From positions 111,602,001-111,662,000 of the forward strand of contig NC_086107.1 of the NCBI RefSeq assembly GCF_963921235.1: 60,000 nt of DNA. The letters are read 5' to 3'. The notes under the pieces were generated by a model that was given only the letters and a program-made list of their open reading frames with translations, had not been told where the DNA came from and searched no databases. Source of the DNA: Mobula hypostoma. Lineage: Eukaryota. Of this stretch, positions 1 to 12,719 are shown one piece after another (the first letter of the stretch is position 1; each line of letters starts with the position of its first letter). The position numbers and the translations under genes are program-made.

Positions 1-100
1 CTCTCTTTTCACTGCTGCAATCACATAGAAGGTACAAGAGCCTCAGGACTCGCGCCACCAAGTTCAAGAACGGTTACTACCCGTCCAACCATCAAGCTCT

Positions 101-525
101 TGTCACAACCATGGTTTCGGCAGCTCAAGAGATGCGGCAATTGCTCTTGTGAATTTGCACGTGTCAGCTAATTATTATTTAATTGCGGTAGTATTTAACT
201 CCATACTTGTCGTCGTAGTACTTGTCGAGACTTGGACAGCGCATAGCAACGCTTTGCTGCTGTTTTGCTTTCGGCCTTCCCTAAGATGTTGGACTTTCAA
301 GCCCACTGACACTGAAGACTAGTGATATTCGTTTAATGTCTAGCTGTTTTTTTCAGCCGCAGTGTAGGCTTCGTGTTCCTTTTGAGAGTTTTAGTTAACG
401 GCCTTGTTTGGCCTAGTGTTTATTCTTTATTTTCCCTTTAACACTGTTCTTATTAAAGTCCGAACCATCGACCTGCTTCAGTGTCTCTCACTCCGCACTT
501 GGACCATTTCTGAACCTGGTAAACA
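101..525 (+). mobile_element. Solo LTR (425 bp) inserted into a LINE 3' fragment
   Basis: TGT...ACA ends; exact 5-bp target-site duplication GCTCT at 96-100 and 526-530; internal ATTAAA; host sequence resumes after it. Confidence 0.8.
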
Positions 526-717
526 GCTCTTGAACAAAAGGGGATAACTACACTCGCTTGCCCCATCATTGAGGTGTTCCCACAACTAATGATCTCACAT
601 TAAAGACGCTTTATCTTGTTATCTCACGTTCGCATTATTTATAACTATTTATTTATATTTGCATTTGCACAGTTTGTTGTTTTCTGCACTCTGGTTGATC
701 TTTGATTGACTCTGTTA

Positions 718-1083
718 TAGTCATAGTCATACTTTACTGATCCCGAGGGAAATTGGTTTTCGTTACAGTTGCACCATAAATAATTAAATAGTAATAAAAC
801 CATAAATAATTAAATAGTAATATGTAAATTGTGCCAGGAAATAAGTCCAGGACCAGCCTATTGGCTCAGGGTGTCTGACCCTCCAAGGGAGGAGTTATAA
901 AGTTTGATGGCCACAGGCAGGAATGACTTCCTATGACGCTCTGTGTTGCATCTCGGTGGAATGAGTCTCTGGCTGAATGTACTCCTGTGCCCACCCAGTA
1001 CATTATGTATTGGATGGGAGACATTGTCCAAGATGGCATGCAACCTGGACAGCATCCTCTTTTCAGACACCACCGTCAGAGAG
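718..1083 (-). mobile_element. Rex1/Babar-type LINE 3' fragment
   Basis: C-terminal peptide SHPIH...RLIPPRCNTERHRKSFLPVAIKLYN; (GACTAT)n tail; near-identical to the copies at 12048 and 23228. Confidence 0.8.
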
Positions 1084-1129
1084 TTACTATTCTTTAGATT
1101 TGCTGAGTAATAATATTAATAATATTAGG

Positions 1130-1545
1130 GCAGTGGAGTGATTAGCACAGCATCAAAACTCATAACTTTCTGTAGATGTGTAGTTGAAAGCATGCTAAAA
1201 AGCTGTGTCCCTATGTGGTATAGAAACTGCAGGAAAGCTCTACTACAGGGAATTAAAACTACCCAACGTATCACCAGCAGCTTACTCAACATCAAGAACT
1301 TTTATAAAGAAAGGTGCCAGAAGAAGGCTAGCCATATCATAAATGATTCGACCCATCCCAAGCAGTTCATGGACTCATCGGGGAAGAGGCTACGTAACAT
1401 CCACGCCAGGACCACAAGACTCCAAAACAGTCCCTTTCCTCAAGCAGTAAGGCTGATCAACACCTCCACCCACTAACCCACCTCTACTTTATTATTTCCT
1501 GTCAGTCACTTTATGCGCAACCTAGTGTCACTTTATGGGTATACA
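1130..1545 (+). mobile_element. Decayed Rex1/Babar-type LINE 3' fragment
   Basis: FCRCVVESML...WY...THP...SGKRLRNIHARTTRLQNSPFPQAVRLIN. Confidence 0.7.
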
Positions 1546-1549
1546 ATCA

Positions 1550-2302
1550 GCCGATTAGGAAAAGGGGAGGTGCAATGAGACCTGGGTGTCATTATACACC
1601 AGTCATTGAAAGTGGGCATGCAGGTACAGCAGGCGGTGAAAAAGGCGAATGGTATGCTGGCATTTATAGCGAGAGGATTCGAGTACAGGAGCAGGGAGGT
1701 ACTACTGCAGTTGTACAAGGCCTTGGTGAGACCACACCTGGAGTATTGTGTGCAGTTTTGATCCCCTAATCTGAGGAAAGACATCCTTGCCATAGAGGGA
1801 GTACAAAGAAGGTTCACCAGATTGATTCCTGGGATGGCAGGACTTTCATATGAAGAAAGACTGGATGAACAGGGCTTGTACTCGTTGGAATTTAGAAGAT
1901 TGAGGGGGGATCTGATTGAAATGTATAAAATCCTAAAGGGATTGGACAGGCTAGATGCAGGAAGATTGTTCCCGAAGTTGGGGAAGTCCAAAACGAGGGG
2001 CCACAGTTTGAGGATAGAGGGGAAGCCTTTTAGGACCGAGATGAGGAAAAACTTCTTCACACAGAGAGTGGTGAATCTGTGGAATTCTCTGCCACAGGAA
2101 ACAGTTGAGGCCAGTTCATTGGCTATATTTAAGAGGGAGTTAGATATGGCCCTTGTGGCTACGGGGGTCAGGGGGTATGGAGGGAAGGCTGGGGCGGGGT
2201 TCTGAGTTGGATGATCAGCCATGATCATAATAAATGGTGGTGCAGGCTCGAAGGGCTGAATGGCCTACTCCTGCACCTATTTTCTATGTTTCTATGTTTC
2301 TA
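1550..2302 (+). mobile_element. CR1 LINE, 5'-truncated
   Basis: LYKALVRPHLEYCVQF...GLYSLEFRRLRGDLIE...FFTQRVVNLWNSLP; (TTTCTATG)n tail. Confidence 0.9.
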
Positions 2303-3261
2303 TATTTCTATAAGCTATCTTATGTACTTATAATTAGCGTGTGCTTTTTATTGCATTTTTTAATGCTGTATCGGATTTGGAGTAACAATCATTTCATTCT
2401 CCTTTCCACTTGTGCACTGTTAATGACAATAAACAATCTCAAATCTTGAAGGTTGAATCTTTTCCTCAAAGCCCTATCATTCCCCCTCAAGTTCACATGC
2501 AATTTCTGTTGAAAGAGTCTGCCTCCAGGCAATGTAAAGCAGATTTTAACCATTAGGTGCAGAGGAAAGTTTTTCTTCAAGTTGCATATGGTTTTTGTTA
2601 GATCTGAACATATATAGAAGATGGAGGTTGATTTCTTCCTTTAGAACATTATGTTTTCAATCTTGCTGAGTGAAAATGCACTCAAATAAAATGGCTACTG
2701 CCAAGGACCAAAACACTGGCAATAGATAAACCCTCAAAATCACCATAACCCCTGCTGGTTTACAGAACAACTAACAACTATGTACACATTTTTTTTTGTG
2801 TACAAATTATATACATGACTACAGTTCTTTAATCAATCTCTTCCATTTTCTTGCCTTTGTTTCTTGCCCAGTCTCCTCTACTCTGGTCCAGAGTTCGAAA
2901 TAACTTCAGAATCATCAGGTTTAATATCACCGGCATATGTTGTGAAATTTGTTGTCTTCGCTGCAGCAGCACAATGTGTTACATAATAAGTAAGATGATA
3001 TATATTAAATAGTTAAATTAAGTAAGTAAGGTCGGAGGCTTGAAGTTTTCGGACGACTCAGAGTCGGACTGTGGTCGGGCATGGCAGGGAGAGTTTTCTT
3101 TCTTCTCCCGTGAGGCACCTTCAATTACTCTTCAATCCTCTCGACACTCACTGTGGAGGTCGTATTGTACAGCAAATAAAAGCCTTTCAGTATTTTACCA
3201 AACCTCAGTCTTTTGGAGTAATTGAAGGTGCTTCAATTTTATTCGCTGTACATTTTAAAAC

Positions 3262-4345
3262 ATGGAACAGGCCCTGAGACCAGAAAAATTAGACCTCGAT
3301 CCGCAAACGCCTGACGCTGGAAATACTTTCGAACTCTGGCTGGCCTGCTTCAAAGCGTATCTAGAGGAGATTAAAGCGACCGACCCCGTAGCGAAGTGCA
3401 GAGTTCTACTCTCCAGGGTCAGTCCACGGGTTTATTCGCTGATCAGAGACCAGCCGAATTACGACAGCGCAATGAACGCACCCAAAAGACAATACCTGCG
3501 ACCAATAAACAGCGTCTATGCTCGGCACCGTTTAGCGACACAGCAACAACGGTCCGGGGAATCGAGTGCTGAGTTTGTCCGGGCCCTACAGACACTCGTG
3601 CGGGCCTGCAATTGCCAGGAGCTGACGGCGGTGCAGCATGCAGAACTGCTAGTGAGAGATACCTTCGTTACGGGGACCAGGTCAGTGTACGTGCGCCAGC
3701 GGCTGCTGGAAAAAGCCGATCTTACCCTAGATTCGGCGATGGAGCTGGCTGATACGTTGGAGGCCGCTCTGCATAACTCCGAGGCTCTCCAGGCACGCGA
3801 TCCCCCGATGGCTTCATGGGCGCCGCAGACCCTGCAACCCGCCGGCGAATCGACCTCGGCTGCAGCCAGTCGTGAGTCCGCGGACTGGAGAAGCACCCCC
3901 GGAAACGCTGCGCGGCCCGACAATCTACCTGTTCCAGCTGCGGAAAGGAGGGCCACTTCGCCAAGGTCTGTAAGTCAAAACCGCGAGCGGGATCGAGCAG
4001 TGCCGCGTGCGAGACGTGGGGGGTCGCCATCTTCCCTGCACACTGCCACCACGTGCGAGACATGGGGGCGGCCATCTTCCCTGCACACTGCCACCACGTG
4101 CGAGACATGGGGGCGGCCATCTTGGTCGGCGCCACCTCCCACCGCCTACGACCAACGGGTGCTCACAGGGCACCCCACCACGCCGGACCAAGACAGCGAC
4201 CCCACCCTGGCTTCCGTAACCCTCGACCAAAGCGCTCCCCACCAGCTCGCAAGGTCAATGATGGACATCCTGGTGGAGGGGCACAGGACAAGCTGCCTGT
4301 TTGACACAGGCAGCACGGAGAGTTTTATCCACCCAGCCACGGTAC
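3262..4345 (+). pseudogene. Gypsy gag plus aspartic protease N-terminus, with compensating frameshifts
   Basis: LRPEKLDLDP gag start; CSSCGKEGHFAKVC zinc knuckle in a shifted frame (~3930-3971); CLFDTGSTESFI protease motif. Confidence 0.8.
4006..4121 (+). repeat. 45-bp tandem repeat, ~2.5 copies, within gag
   Basis: CGTGCGAGAC units start at 4006, 4052 and 4097; encodes CETWGRPSSLHTATT. Confidence 0.85.
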
Positions 4346-4929
4346 AGCGAATAAAACTGAAGCACCTTCAATTACTCCAAAAGACAGGTTTGGTAAAATA
4401 CTGAAAGGCTTTTATTCGCTGTACAATACGACCTCCACAGTGAGTGTCTGCCCCCGGACTGAGGGGGAGGGGCAAGGCAAACACCTTTATACAGGACTCT
4501 GTGGGAGGAGCCACAGGGGCAGTCAGCAGAGGGGTGTGTCCAGACAGGTAACCCAGTTACAACATATATACATGGTTTACCACATTCCGTCTGCGTGAGA
4601 TGTGGGACCTTCGAGAGACTTTGAACTTTATTTACCGTGCCCATGGCCTGTTCTTCATCAAGTTATGGTATTGCTTGCACTGCTGTAACTATCTGTTATA
4701 ATTATATGGTTTTTGTCAGTTTTTCAGTCTTGGTCTGTCCTGTGTTTCTGTGATATCACACTGGAGGAAATATTGTATCATTTCCTAATGCATGCATTAC
4801 TGAATGACAATAAAAGAGGACTGCGTGTCCTCATAATCTAAAAAAAAATTTAAAAATGAAAGTAGTGCAAAAATAAGAATGAAAAAGTAGTGACGTAGTG
4901 TCCATGGGTTCAACACCCAAAAGACCAGA

Positions 4930-5475
4930 GGATCATAGACACAAGAGCAGAATAGGCCATTCAGCCCATCAAGTCTGCCTCACTATTTCACCACGGCTGA
5001 TCCATTTTCCTCTCAGCCCCAATCTTCTGCCTTTCAATCCCCCCTTCTCCCCACTGTATCCCTTCATGCCCTGACCAATCAAGAATCTATCACCCTCTGC
5101 CTTAAACGTACGTAAAAATCTGGCTTCCACTGCAGCCTGTGGCAGTGAATTTCACAGATTCACCACACCCTGGCTAAAGAAATTCCCCTGTTCTAAAAAT
5201 ACGCCCCTCTATTCTGAAGCTGTGTCCTCTGGTCTTAGACTCCTCCACCATAGGAAACTTCATCTTCACACCCACTCTATCACATCCTTTCATCATTTGA
5301 TGGGTTTCAATGAGGTCACCCCTCATTCTTCTGAATTCTAGTGAATACAGGCCCAGAGCCATCAAACACTTTTCATATGAGAAGCCATTCAAGCCTGGAA
5401 GTATTTTTGTGAAACTCCTTTGAATCCTGTCCAGTTTCAGCACATCTAAGATAAGGAGCCGAAAACTACTCAACA
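4930..5475 (-). mobile_element. 3' end of an older CR1 LINE that continues at 8757
   Basis: GLYSLEFRRMRGDLIE...TRGHSFRIEG on the minus strand. Confidence 0.8.
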
Positions 5476-8400
5476 ATCCTGGACAGTGAGAATAGAGAAC
5501 TTGGTAGGAAGTTGAAAAGCAGGACCTCAAGGGTGGTTACCTCAGGATTGCTACCTGTGCTAGGTGCCAGTGAGGGTAGGAATAGGATGCTCTGGAGGAT
5601 GAACAAGTGCTGAGGAACTGGTGTAGGGGGCAGGATTTCAGATTTCAGGATCATTGGGACCTCTTCTGGGGCAGGTGGGACCTGTACAAGAGAGACGGGT
5701 TACACTTGAACCACAGGGGGACCAATATCCTTTCAGGGAGGTTTGTTAGTGCTATTGGGGAGGCTTTAAACTAGATTTGCAGGGGGATGGGAACCAGAGT
5801 GCCAGAGCTGACAGTGTGGCTGGGGTGAAAATAAATGATGTTGAAAGTTCAAGCAAATCCGCTAATAGAAAGGTTGTGAGTGGTGGTAAAAATCTTCTGA
5901 GGTGTATATACTTCAATGCTAGGAGTATTGCAGGAAAGGCGGATGAGTTGAGGGCGTGGATTGACACGTGGAATTATGATGTTGTAGCAATTAGTGAAAC
6001 TTGGCTACAGGAGGGGCAGGACTGGCAGCTTAATATTCCAGGGTTCCGATGTTTCAGATGTGATCGAGGCAGAAGAATGAAAGGTGGGGGAGTAGCATTG
6101 CTTGTTAGGGAAAATATTACAGCAGTGCTCAGGCAGGACAGATTAAAGGGCTTGTCTACTGAGTCCTTATGGGTGGAGCTGAGAAACAGGAAAGGTATGG
6201 CCACATTAGTGGGATTGTATTACAGACCACCCAATAGTCAACGAGACTTGGAAGAGCAAATCTGCAGAGAGATAGCAGGCAACTGCAGGAAACATAAAGT
6301 TGTGGTGGTAGGGGATTTTAATTTTCCATACATTGATTGGGACTCCCATACTGTTAGGGGTCTAGATGGTTTAGAGTTTGTAAAATGTGTTCAGGAAAGT
6401 TTTCTAAATCAATATATAGAGGGACCAACTAGAGGGGATGCAATATTGGATCTCCTGTTAGGAAACGAGTTAGGGCAAGTGACAGAAGTCTGTGTGGGGG
6501 AGCACTTTGGTTCCAGTGATCATAACACCATTAGTTTCAATTTGATCATGGACAAGGATAGATCTGGTCCCAGGGTTGAGGTTCTGAACTGGAAGAAGGC
6601 CAAATTTGAAGAAATGAGGAAGGATCTAAAAAGCGTGGATTGGGACAGGTCGTTCTCTGGCAAAGATGTGATTGGTAGGTGGGAAGCCTTCAAAGGGGAA
6701 ATTTTGAGAGTGCAGAGTTTGTATGTTCCTGTCAGGATTAAAGGCAAATTGAATAGGAATAAGGAACCTTGGTTCTCAAGGGATATTGCAACTCTGATAA
6801 AGAAGAAGAGGGAGTTGTATGAAATGTGTAGGAAACAGGGGGTAAATCAGGTGCTTGAGGAGTATAAGAAGTGCAAGAAAATACTTAAGAAAGAAATCAG
6901 GAGGGCTAAAAGAAGACATGAGGTTGCCTTGGCAGTCAAAGTGAAGGATAATCCAAAGAGCTTTTACGAATATATTAAGAGCAAAAGGATTGTAAGGGAT
7001 AAAATTGGTCCTCTTGAAGATCAGAGTGGTCGGCTTTGTGCGGAACCAAAGGAAATGGGGGAGATCTTAAATAGGTTTTTTGCGTCTGTATTTACTAAGG
7101 AGGCTGGCATGAAATCTATGGAATTGAGGGAATCAAGTAGTGAGACCATGGAAACTGTACAGATTGAAAAGGAGGAGGTGCTTGCTGTCTTGAGGAAGAT
7201 TAAAGTGGATAAATCCCTGGGACCTGACAGAGTGTTCCCTCGGACCTTGAAGGAGACTAGTATTGAAATTGCGGGGGCCCTGGCAGAAATATTTAAAATG
7301 TCGCTGTCTACGGGTGAAGGGTCGGAGGATTGGAGAGTGGCTCATGTTGTTCCGTTGTTTAAAAAAGGATCGAAAAGTAATCCGGGAAATTATAGGCCGG
7401 TGAGTTTAACGTCAGTAGTAGGTAAGTTATTGGAGGGAGTACTAAGAGACAGGATCTACAAGCATTTGGATAGACAGGGGCTTATTAGGGAGAGTCACCA
7501 TGGCTTTGTGCGTGGTAGGTCATGTTTGACCAATCTGTTGGAGTTTTTCGAGGAGGTTACCAGGAAAATGGATGAAGGGAAGGCAGTGGATATTGTCTAC
7601 ATGGACTTCAGTAAGGCCTTTGACAAGGTCCCGCATGGGAGGTTAGTTAGGAAAATTCAGTCGCTAGGTATACATGGAGAGGTGGTAAATTGGATTAGAC
7701 ATTAGCTCGATGGAAGAAGCCAGAGAGTGGTGGTAGAGAATTGCTTCTCTGAGTGGAGGCCTGTGACTAGTGGTGTGCCACAGGGATCAGTGCTGGGTCC
7801 ATTGTTATTTGTCATCTATATCAATGATCTGGATGCAAGTTTGCTGATGATACAAAGACTGGAGGTGTAGTAGACAGTGAGGAAGGTTTTCAGAGCCTGC
7901 AGAGGGACTTGGACCAGCTGGAAAAATGGGCTGAAAAATGGCAGATGGAGTTTAATACTGACAAGTGTGAGGTATTGCACGTTGAAAGGACAAACCAACG
8001 TAGAACATACAGGGTTAATGGTAAGGCACTGAGGAGTGCAATGGAACAGAGGAATCTGGGAATACAGATACAAAATTCCCTAAAAGTGTCGTCACAGATA
8101 GATAGGGTCGTAAAGAGAGCTTTTGGTACATTGGCCTTTATTAATCGAAGTATTGAGTATAAGAGCTGGAATGTTATGATGAGGTTGTATAAGGCATTGG
8201 TGAGGCCGAATCTGGAGTATTGTGTTCAGTTTTGGTCACCAAATTACAGGAAGGATACAAATAAGGTTGAAAGAGTGCAGAGAAGGTTTACAAGGATGTT
8301 GCCGGGACTTGAGAAACTCAGTTACAGAGAAAGGTTGAATAGGTTAGGACTTTATTCCCTGGATCATAGAAGAATGAGGTGAGATTTGATAGAGGTATAT

Positions 8401-8756
8401 AAAATTATGATGGGTATAGATAGAGTGAATGCAAGCAGGCTTTTTCCACTGAGGCAAGGGGAGAAAAAAACCAGAGGACATGGGTTAAGGGTGAGGGGGG
8501 AAAAGTTTAAAGGGAACATTAGGGGGGCTTCTTCACACAGAGAGTGGTGGGAGTATGGAATGAGCTGCCAGACGAGGTGGTAAATGCGGGTTCTTTTTTA
8601 ACATTTAAGAATAAATTGGACAGATACATGGATGGGAGGTGTATGGAGGGATATGGTCCGTGTGCAGGTCAGTGGGACTAGGCAGAAAATGTTTCGGCAC
8701 AGCCAAGAAGGGCCAAAGGGCTTGTTTCTGTGCTGTAGTTTCTATGGTTCTATGGT
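5476..8756 (+). mobile_element. CR1 LINE: ORF1 3' end plus disrupted ORF2 (APE endonuclease and RT)
   Basis: YFNARS, ISETWL, GDFN, SDH endonuclease motifs; [32 protein letters not shown] motifs; stops at 7703 and 8380; (TCTATGGT)n tail. Confidence 0.95.
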
Positions 8757-10690
8757 AATACACCAAGTGAAGCCTCACCAGTGTTTTATAAAGTTTCAAC
8801 ATTCCATCCTTGAGTTTATATTCTAGTCTTCTTGAAATGAATGCTAATATCACATTTGCCTTCCTTACCACGACTCAACCTGCAAATTAACCTTTAAGGA
8901 ATCCTGCACAAGCACTCCCAAGTCCCTTTACGCCTCAGTTTTTTGGTATCTCCTCTCCATTTAGAAAATAGTCAACCCTTTCATTTCTTCTACCGAAGTG
9001 CATGACCATACACTTCCTGACAATGTATTCCATCTGCCACTTCTTTGCCCATTATCCTAATCCGTCTAAGTCCTTCTGTAGCTTCTCTACATCCTCAAAC
9101 TACTTGCCCCTCCACTTATCTTTGTATCGTCCGCAAACTTTGCAACAGAGTCATTCAATTCCATCATCCAAATCATTAACATATAATATAAAAAGAATTG
9201 GTCCCAACACAGACACTTGTGGAACACCACTAGTCTCTGGCAGCCAACCAGAAAAGGCTTCCTTTATTCTCACTCTGCCCCCTGAGGTGTACACCATCTG
9301 GTCCAGGTGACGTATCTACCTTCAGACCTTTCAGTTTCTCAAGAACCTTCTCCCTAGTAATGGCAAATTCACACACTTCATGACCCCTCACACTTGGAAA
9401 TTCCACCATACTGTTAGTGTCTTCCACAGTGAAGACCATATAACCATATAACAATTACAGCACGGAAACAGGCCATCTCGGCCCTTCTAGTCCGTGCCGA
9501 ACTCTTACTCTCACAAGACTGATGCAAATTACTTATTCAGTTCATCATGCAATTTCCTTGTCCTCCATTAGTACCCTTCCAACATTGTTTTTCACTGTGG
9601 CCTCTCTTTTTCACTTTATGTGTCTGAAGAAACATTTGGCATCCTCTTTCATATTATTGGCTAGCTTGCTTCTGTATTCGTTCTTTATCTTCTTAATGAC
9701 TTTTTAGTTGCCTTCTGTTGGTACTTGAAAGTTTCCCAATCCTCTACCTTCCCACCAATTTTTGCTCAATTATATGCCCTCACTTTGCCTTTTATGTTGG
9801 CCTTCGCTGCTGTTGTTAGCCACGGCTGTGTTATCTTGCCTTTAGAATACTTCCTCATCTTTGCTTCCAAATACTTCCTCATCTGGCCTTCCAAGTTGTT
9901 TCCAGAAATTCCAGCCGTTGCTGCTCTGCCTGTGTTGTTTTCAGGTCAATTCTAGGCAACTCTCTTTCATGCCTCTGTAATTCCCTTTATTCCACTGTGC
10001 TAATGATACACTTGATTTTAGCTTCACCTTCCCAAATTTCAGGGTGAATTTGATCATATTATGATCACTTTCTCCTAAAGGTTCTTTTACCCTAAGCTCT
10101 CTAATCAATTCTGGTTCATTTCACAATGCCCAAACCAGAATAGCTGATCCTCGAGTGGGCTCAACCACGAGCTGCTCCAAAAGCCATCTCGTAGGCATTC
10201 TAGAAATCTCCCCTCTTGGAATCCAGCACCAACCTGATTTTCCCAATCTACCTGCATATTGAAATCCCCCATGACTATTGTAACATTGTGCTTTTGACAT
10301 GCATTTTCTTGCAGACTTACAACTGTTTGGGGGTCTGCATATAACTCCCATCAATGTCTTTTTACCTTTGCAGTTCCTGAGCTCTCTCCACAATGATGCA
10401 ACACCTTCCAACCCTGTGTCACCTCTTTCTAATGACTTGATTTCAGTTTTCACCAACAGAGCAAAGCCACCCCCTCTACCTCCCTGTCTGTGCTATCGAT
10501 ACAATATGTACAGCTACAATCTTCTTTCAGCCATGATTCAGAGATGCCTGCAACATCACACAGTTACAATCTGTAACTATGCTACAACTTCATCTGCCTT
10601 ATTCCATTTTCTGCGCACATTCAAATATAATATCTTCAGTCCTGCATTCACCCTTTTTGATTTTGTTCACCTTTTATGTTACAACTCATC
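8757..10690 (-). mobile_element. Decayed CR1 ORF2 fragments
   Basis: Frameshifted [42 protein letters not shown]. Confidence 0.75.
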
Positions 10691-11915
10691 CTGTTGACTC
10701 CATCTCTGGAGACAGACTGTCCACTGACATCTTCTACAAGCCCACTGACTCTCATAACTACCTCGACTATACCCCTTCCCACCCCGCCACATGCAAAAAT
10801 GCCATTCCCTATTCCCAGCTCCTCCATCTCCGCCGCACCTGCTCCGAGGATGAGGTTTTCCATTCCAGGACATCTCAAATGTCCTCTTTCTTTAAGGATC
10901 GTGGTTTCCCTTCTACTGTCATCAATGATGCCCTCACCAGCATCTCCTCCACTTCCCGCACTTCAGCTCTCGCCCCATCCTCCCGCCACCACAACAGGGA
11001 CAGAGTTCCCCTTTTCCTCACCTACCACCCCACCAGCCTCCAGATCCTGCACATTATCCTCTGCAACTTCTGCCACCTTCAACAGGACCCCACCACTAAG
11101 CACATCTTTCCCTCTCCACCCCTCTCCGCCTTCCGCAGGGATTGGTCCCTCCGCGACTCCCTGATCCACACGTCCCTCCCCACTGATCTCCCACCCGGCA
11201 CTTATCCCTGTAAGCGTAAGTGCTACACCTGTCCCTACACCTCCTCTCTTGCCACCATTCAGGGCCCTAAACAGTCCTTCCAGATGAGACAACACTTCAC
11301 TTGTGAGTCTGTTGGGGTCATCTATTGCATCCGGTGCTCCCGGTGTGGCCTCCTCTACATCGGTGAAACCCGACGCAGATTGGGGGACCGCTTCGTCGAG
11401 CACCTCCACTCCGTCCACCACAACAGACAGATCTCCCGGTAGCCACCCACTTCAACTCTGCTTCCCATTCCCGTTCAGATATGTCCATACATGGCCTCCT
11501 CTACTGCCATGATGAGGCTGAACTCAGGTTGGAGGAGCAACACCTCATATATTGTCTAGGTAGTCTCCAGCCCCTTGGTATGAACATAGAATTCTCCAAC
11601 TTTCGGTAATTCCCTCCCCCTCCCTTCCTCTATCTCTATTTCACTCTACCCCCTCCCCCAGTTTCCTCATGGTTCCGCCTCCTTCTTCTACCACCCATTG
11701 TTTCCAGGGCTATGACGTTAATGCTTCCTCTCCCCCACCCCTTTGATTTTCCAAATTACTGGTCTTTCAACTGACGCTACAAGCATTCTTCAAATCCTTC
11801 CCTATCTTTCATTCTTCAGTCCTGACGAAGGGTTCCGGCCCGAAACATCAACTCATCATTTCTGACTGATGCTGCCCGACCTGCTGAGTTCATCCAGCGT
11901 ACTGAAGTGTTGCTG
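10690..11915 (+). mobile_element. Penelope-like element: RT C-terminus, GIY-YIG endonuclease and terminal repeat
   Basis: TDIFYKPTDSHNYLDYTPSHP; GVIYCIRCSRCGLLYIGETRRRLGDRFVEH; premature stop at 11440. Confidence 0.9.
11817..11853 (+). ncRNA. Minimal type I hammerhead ribozyme motif (partly decayed)
   Basis: CAGTC-CTGACGA-a-GGG ttccgg CCC-GAAAC-ATC-AACT, in the Penelope terminal repeat. Confidence 0.65.
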
Positions 11916-12047
11916 TTGACTGCAACTTTGCCCTATCAATAGTCTCTCCTTGCTAGGAGTCTCACTACACATTGCCTGTTTGTAAACCAAGTACCTCATC
12001 TTCAGCACCATCACTCCAGTTTCCATCCCCCTGCCAAATTAGTTTAA

Positions 12048-12655
12048 GTCATAGTCATAGTCATACTTTATTGATCCCGGGGGAAATTGGTTTTCGTTAC
12101 AGTTGCACTATAAATAATAAATAGTAATAGAACCATAAATAGTTAAATAGTAATATGTAAATTATGCCAGTAAATTATGGAATAAGTCCAGGACCAGCCT
12201 ATCGGCTCAGGGTGTCTAACCCTCCAAGGGAGGAGTTGTAAAGTTTGATGGCCACAGGCAGGAATGACTTCCTATGATGCTCTGTGCTGCATCTCGGTGG
12301 AATGAGTCTCTGGCTGAATGTACTCCTGTGCCCAACCAGAACATTATGTAGTGGATGGGAGACATTGACCAAGATGGCATGCAACTTAGACAGCATCCTC
12401 TTTTCAGACACCACCGTGAGAGAGTCCAGTTCCATTTCCACAACATCACTGGCCTTACGAATGAGTTTGTTGATTCTGTTGGTGTCTGCTACCCTCAGTC
12501 TGCTGCCCCAGCACACAACAGCAAACATGATCGCACTGGCCACCACAGACTCGTAGAACATCCTCAGCATCGTCCGGCAGATGTTAAAGGACCTCAGTCT
12601 CCTCAGGAAGTAGAGACGGCTCTGACCCTTCTTGTAGACAGCCTCAGTGTTCAGT
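12048..12655 (-). mobile_element. Rex1/Babar-type LINE 3' fragment
   Basis: KKGQSRLYFLRRLRSFN...FYESVVASAIMFAVVCWG; (GACTAT)n tail. Confidence 0.85.
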
Positions 12656-12719
12656 GTAAACCTTGTGTAAACCCACCTGAACAAGTCTAGCCAATCAGCT
12701 CGCAAGGATAGTGGACCCA

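Larger units (their letters stand above)
3111..4584. mobile_element. Rearranged Gypsy (Mag-like) LTR retrotransposon insertion
   Basis: TG...CA ends; TSD TCCCG/TTCCG; full LTR on minus strand at 4358-4584 and partial LTR on plus at 3143-3235; gag-protease on plus. Confidence 0.8.
3030..4845 (+). repeat. Dispersed non-coding repeat (family X), split by the Gypsy insertion at 3111-4584
   Basis: 3030-3110 joined to 4590-4845 is collinear with the intact copy at 37141-37757. Confidence 0.75.

Noticed and set aside
4006..4121. CRISPR-like array
   Set aside because: Contiguous tandem repeat without unique spacers, inside a eukaryotic gag
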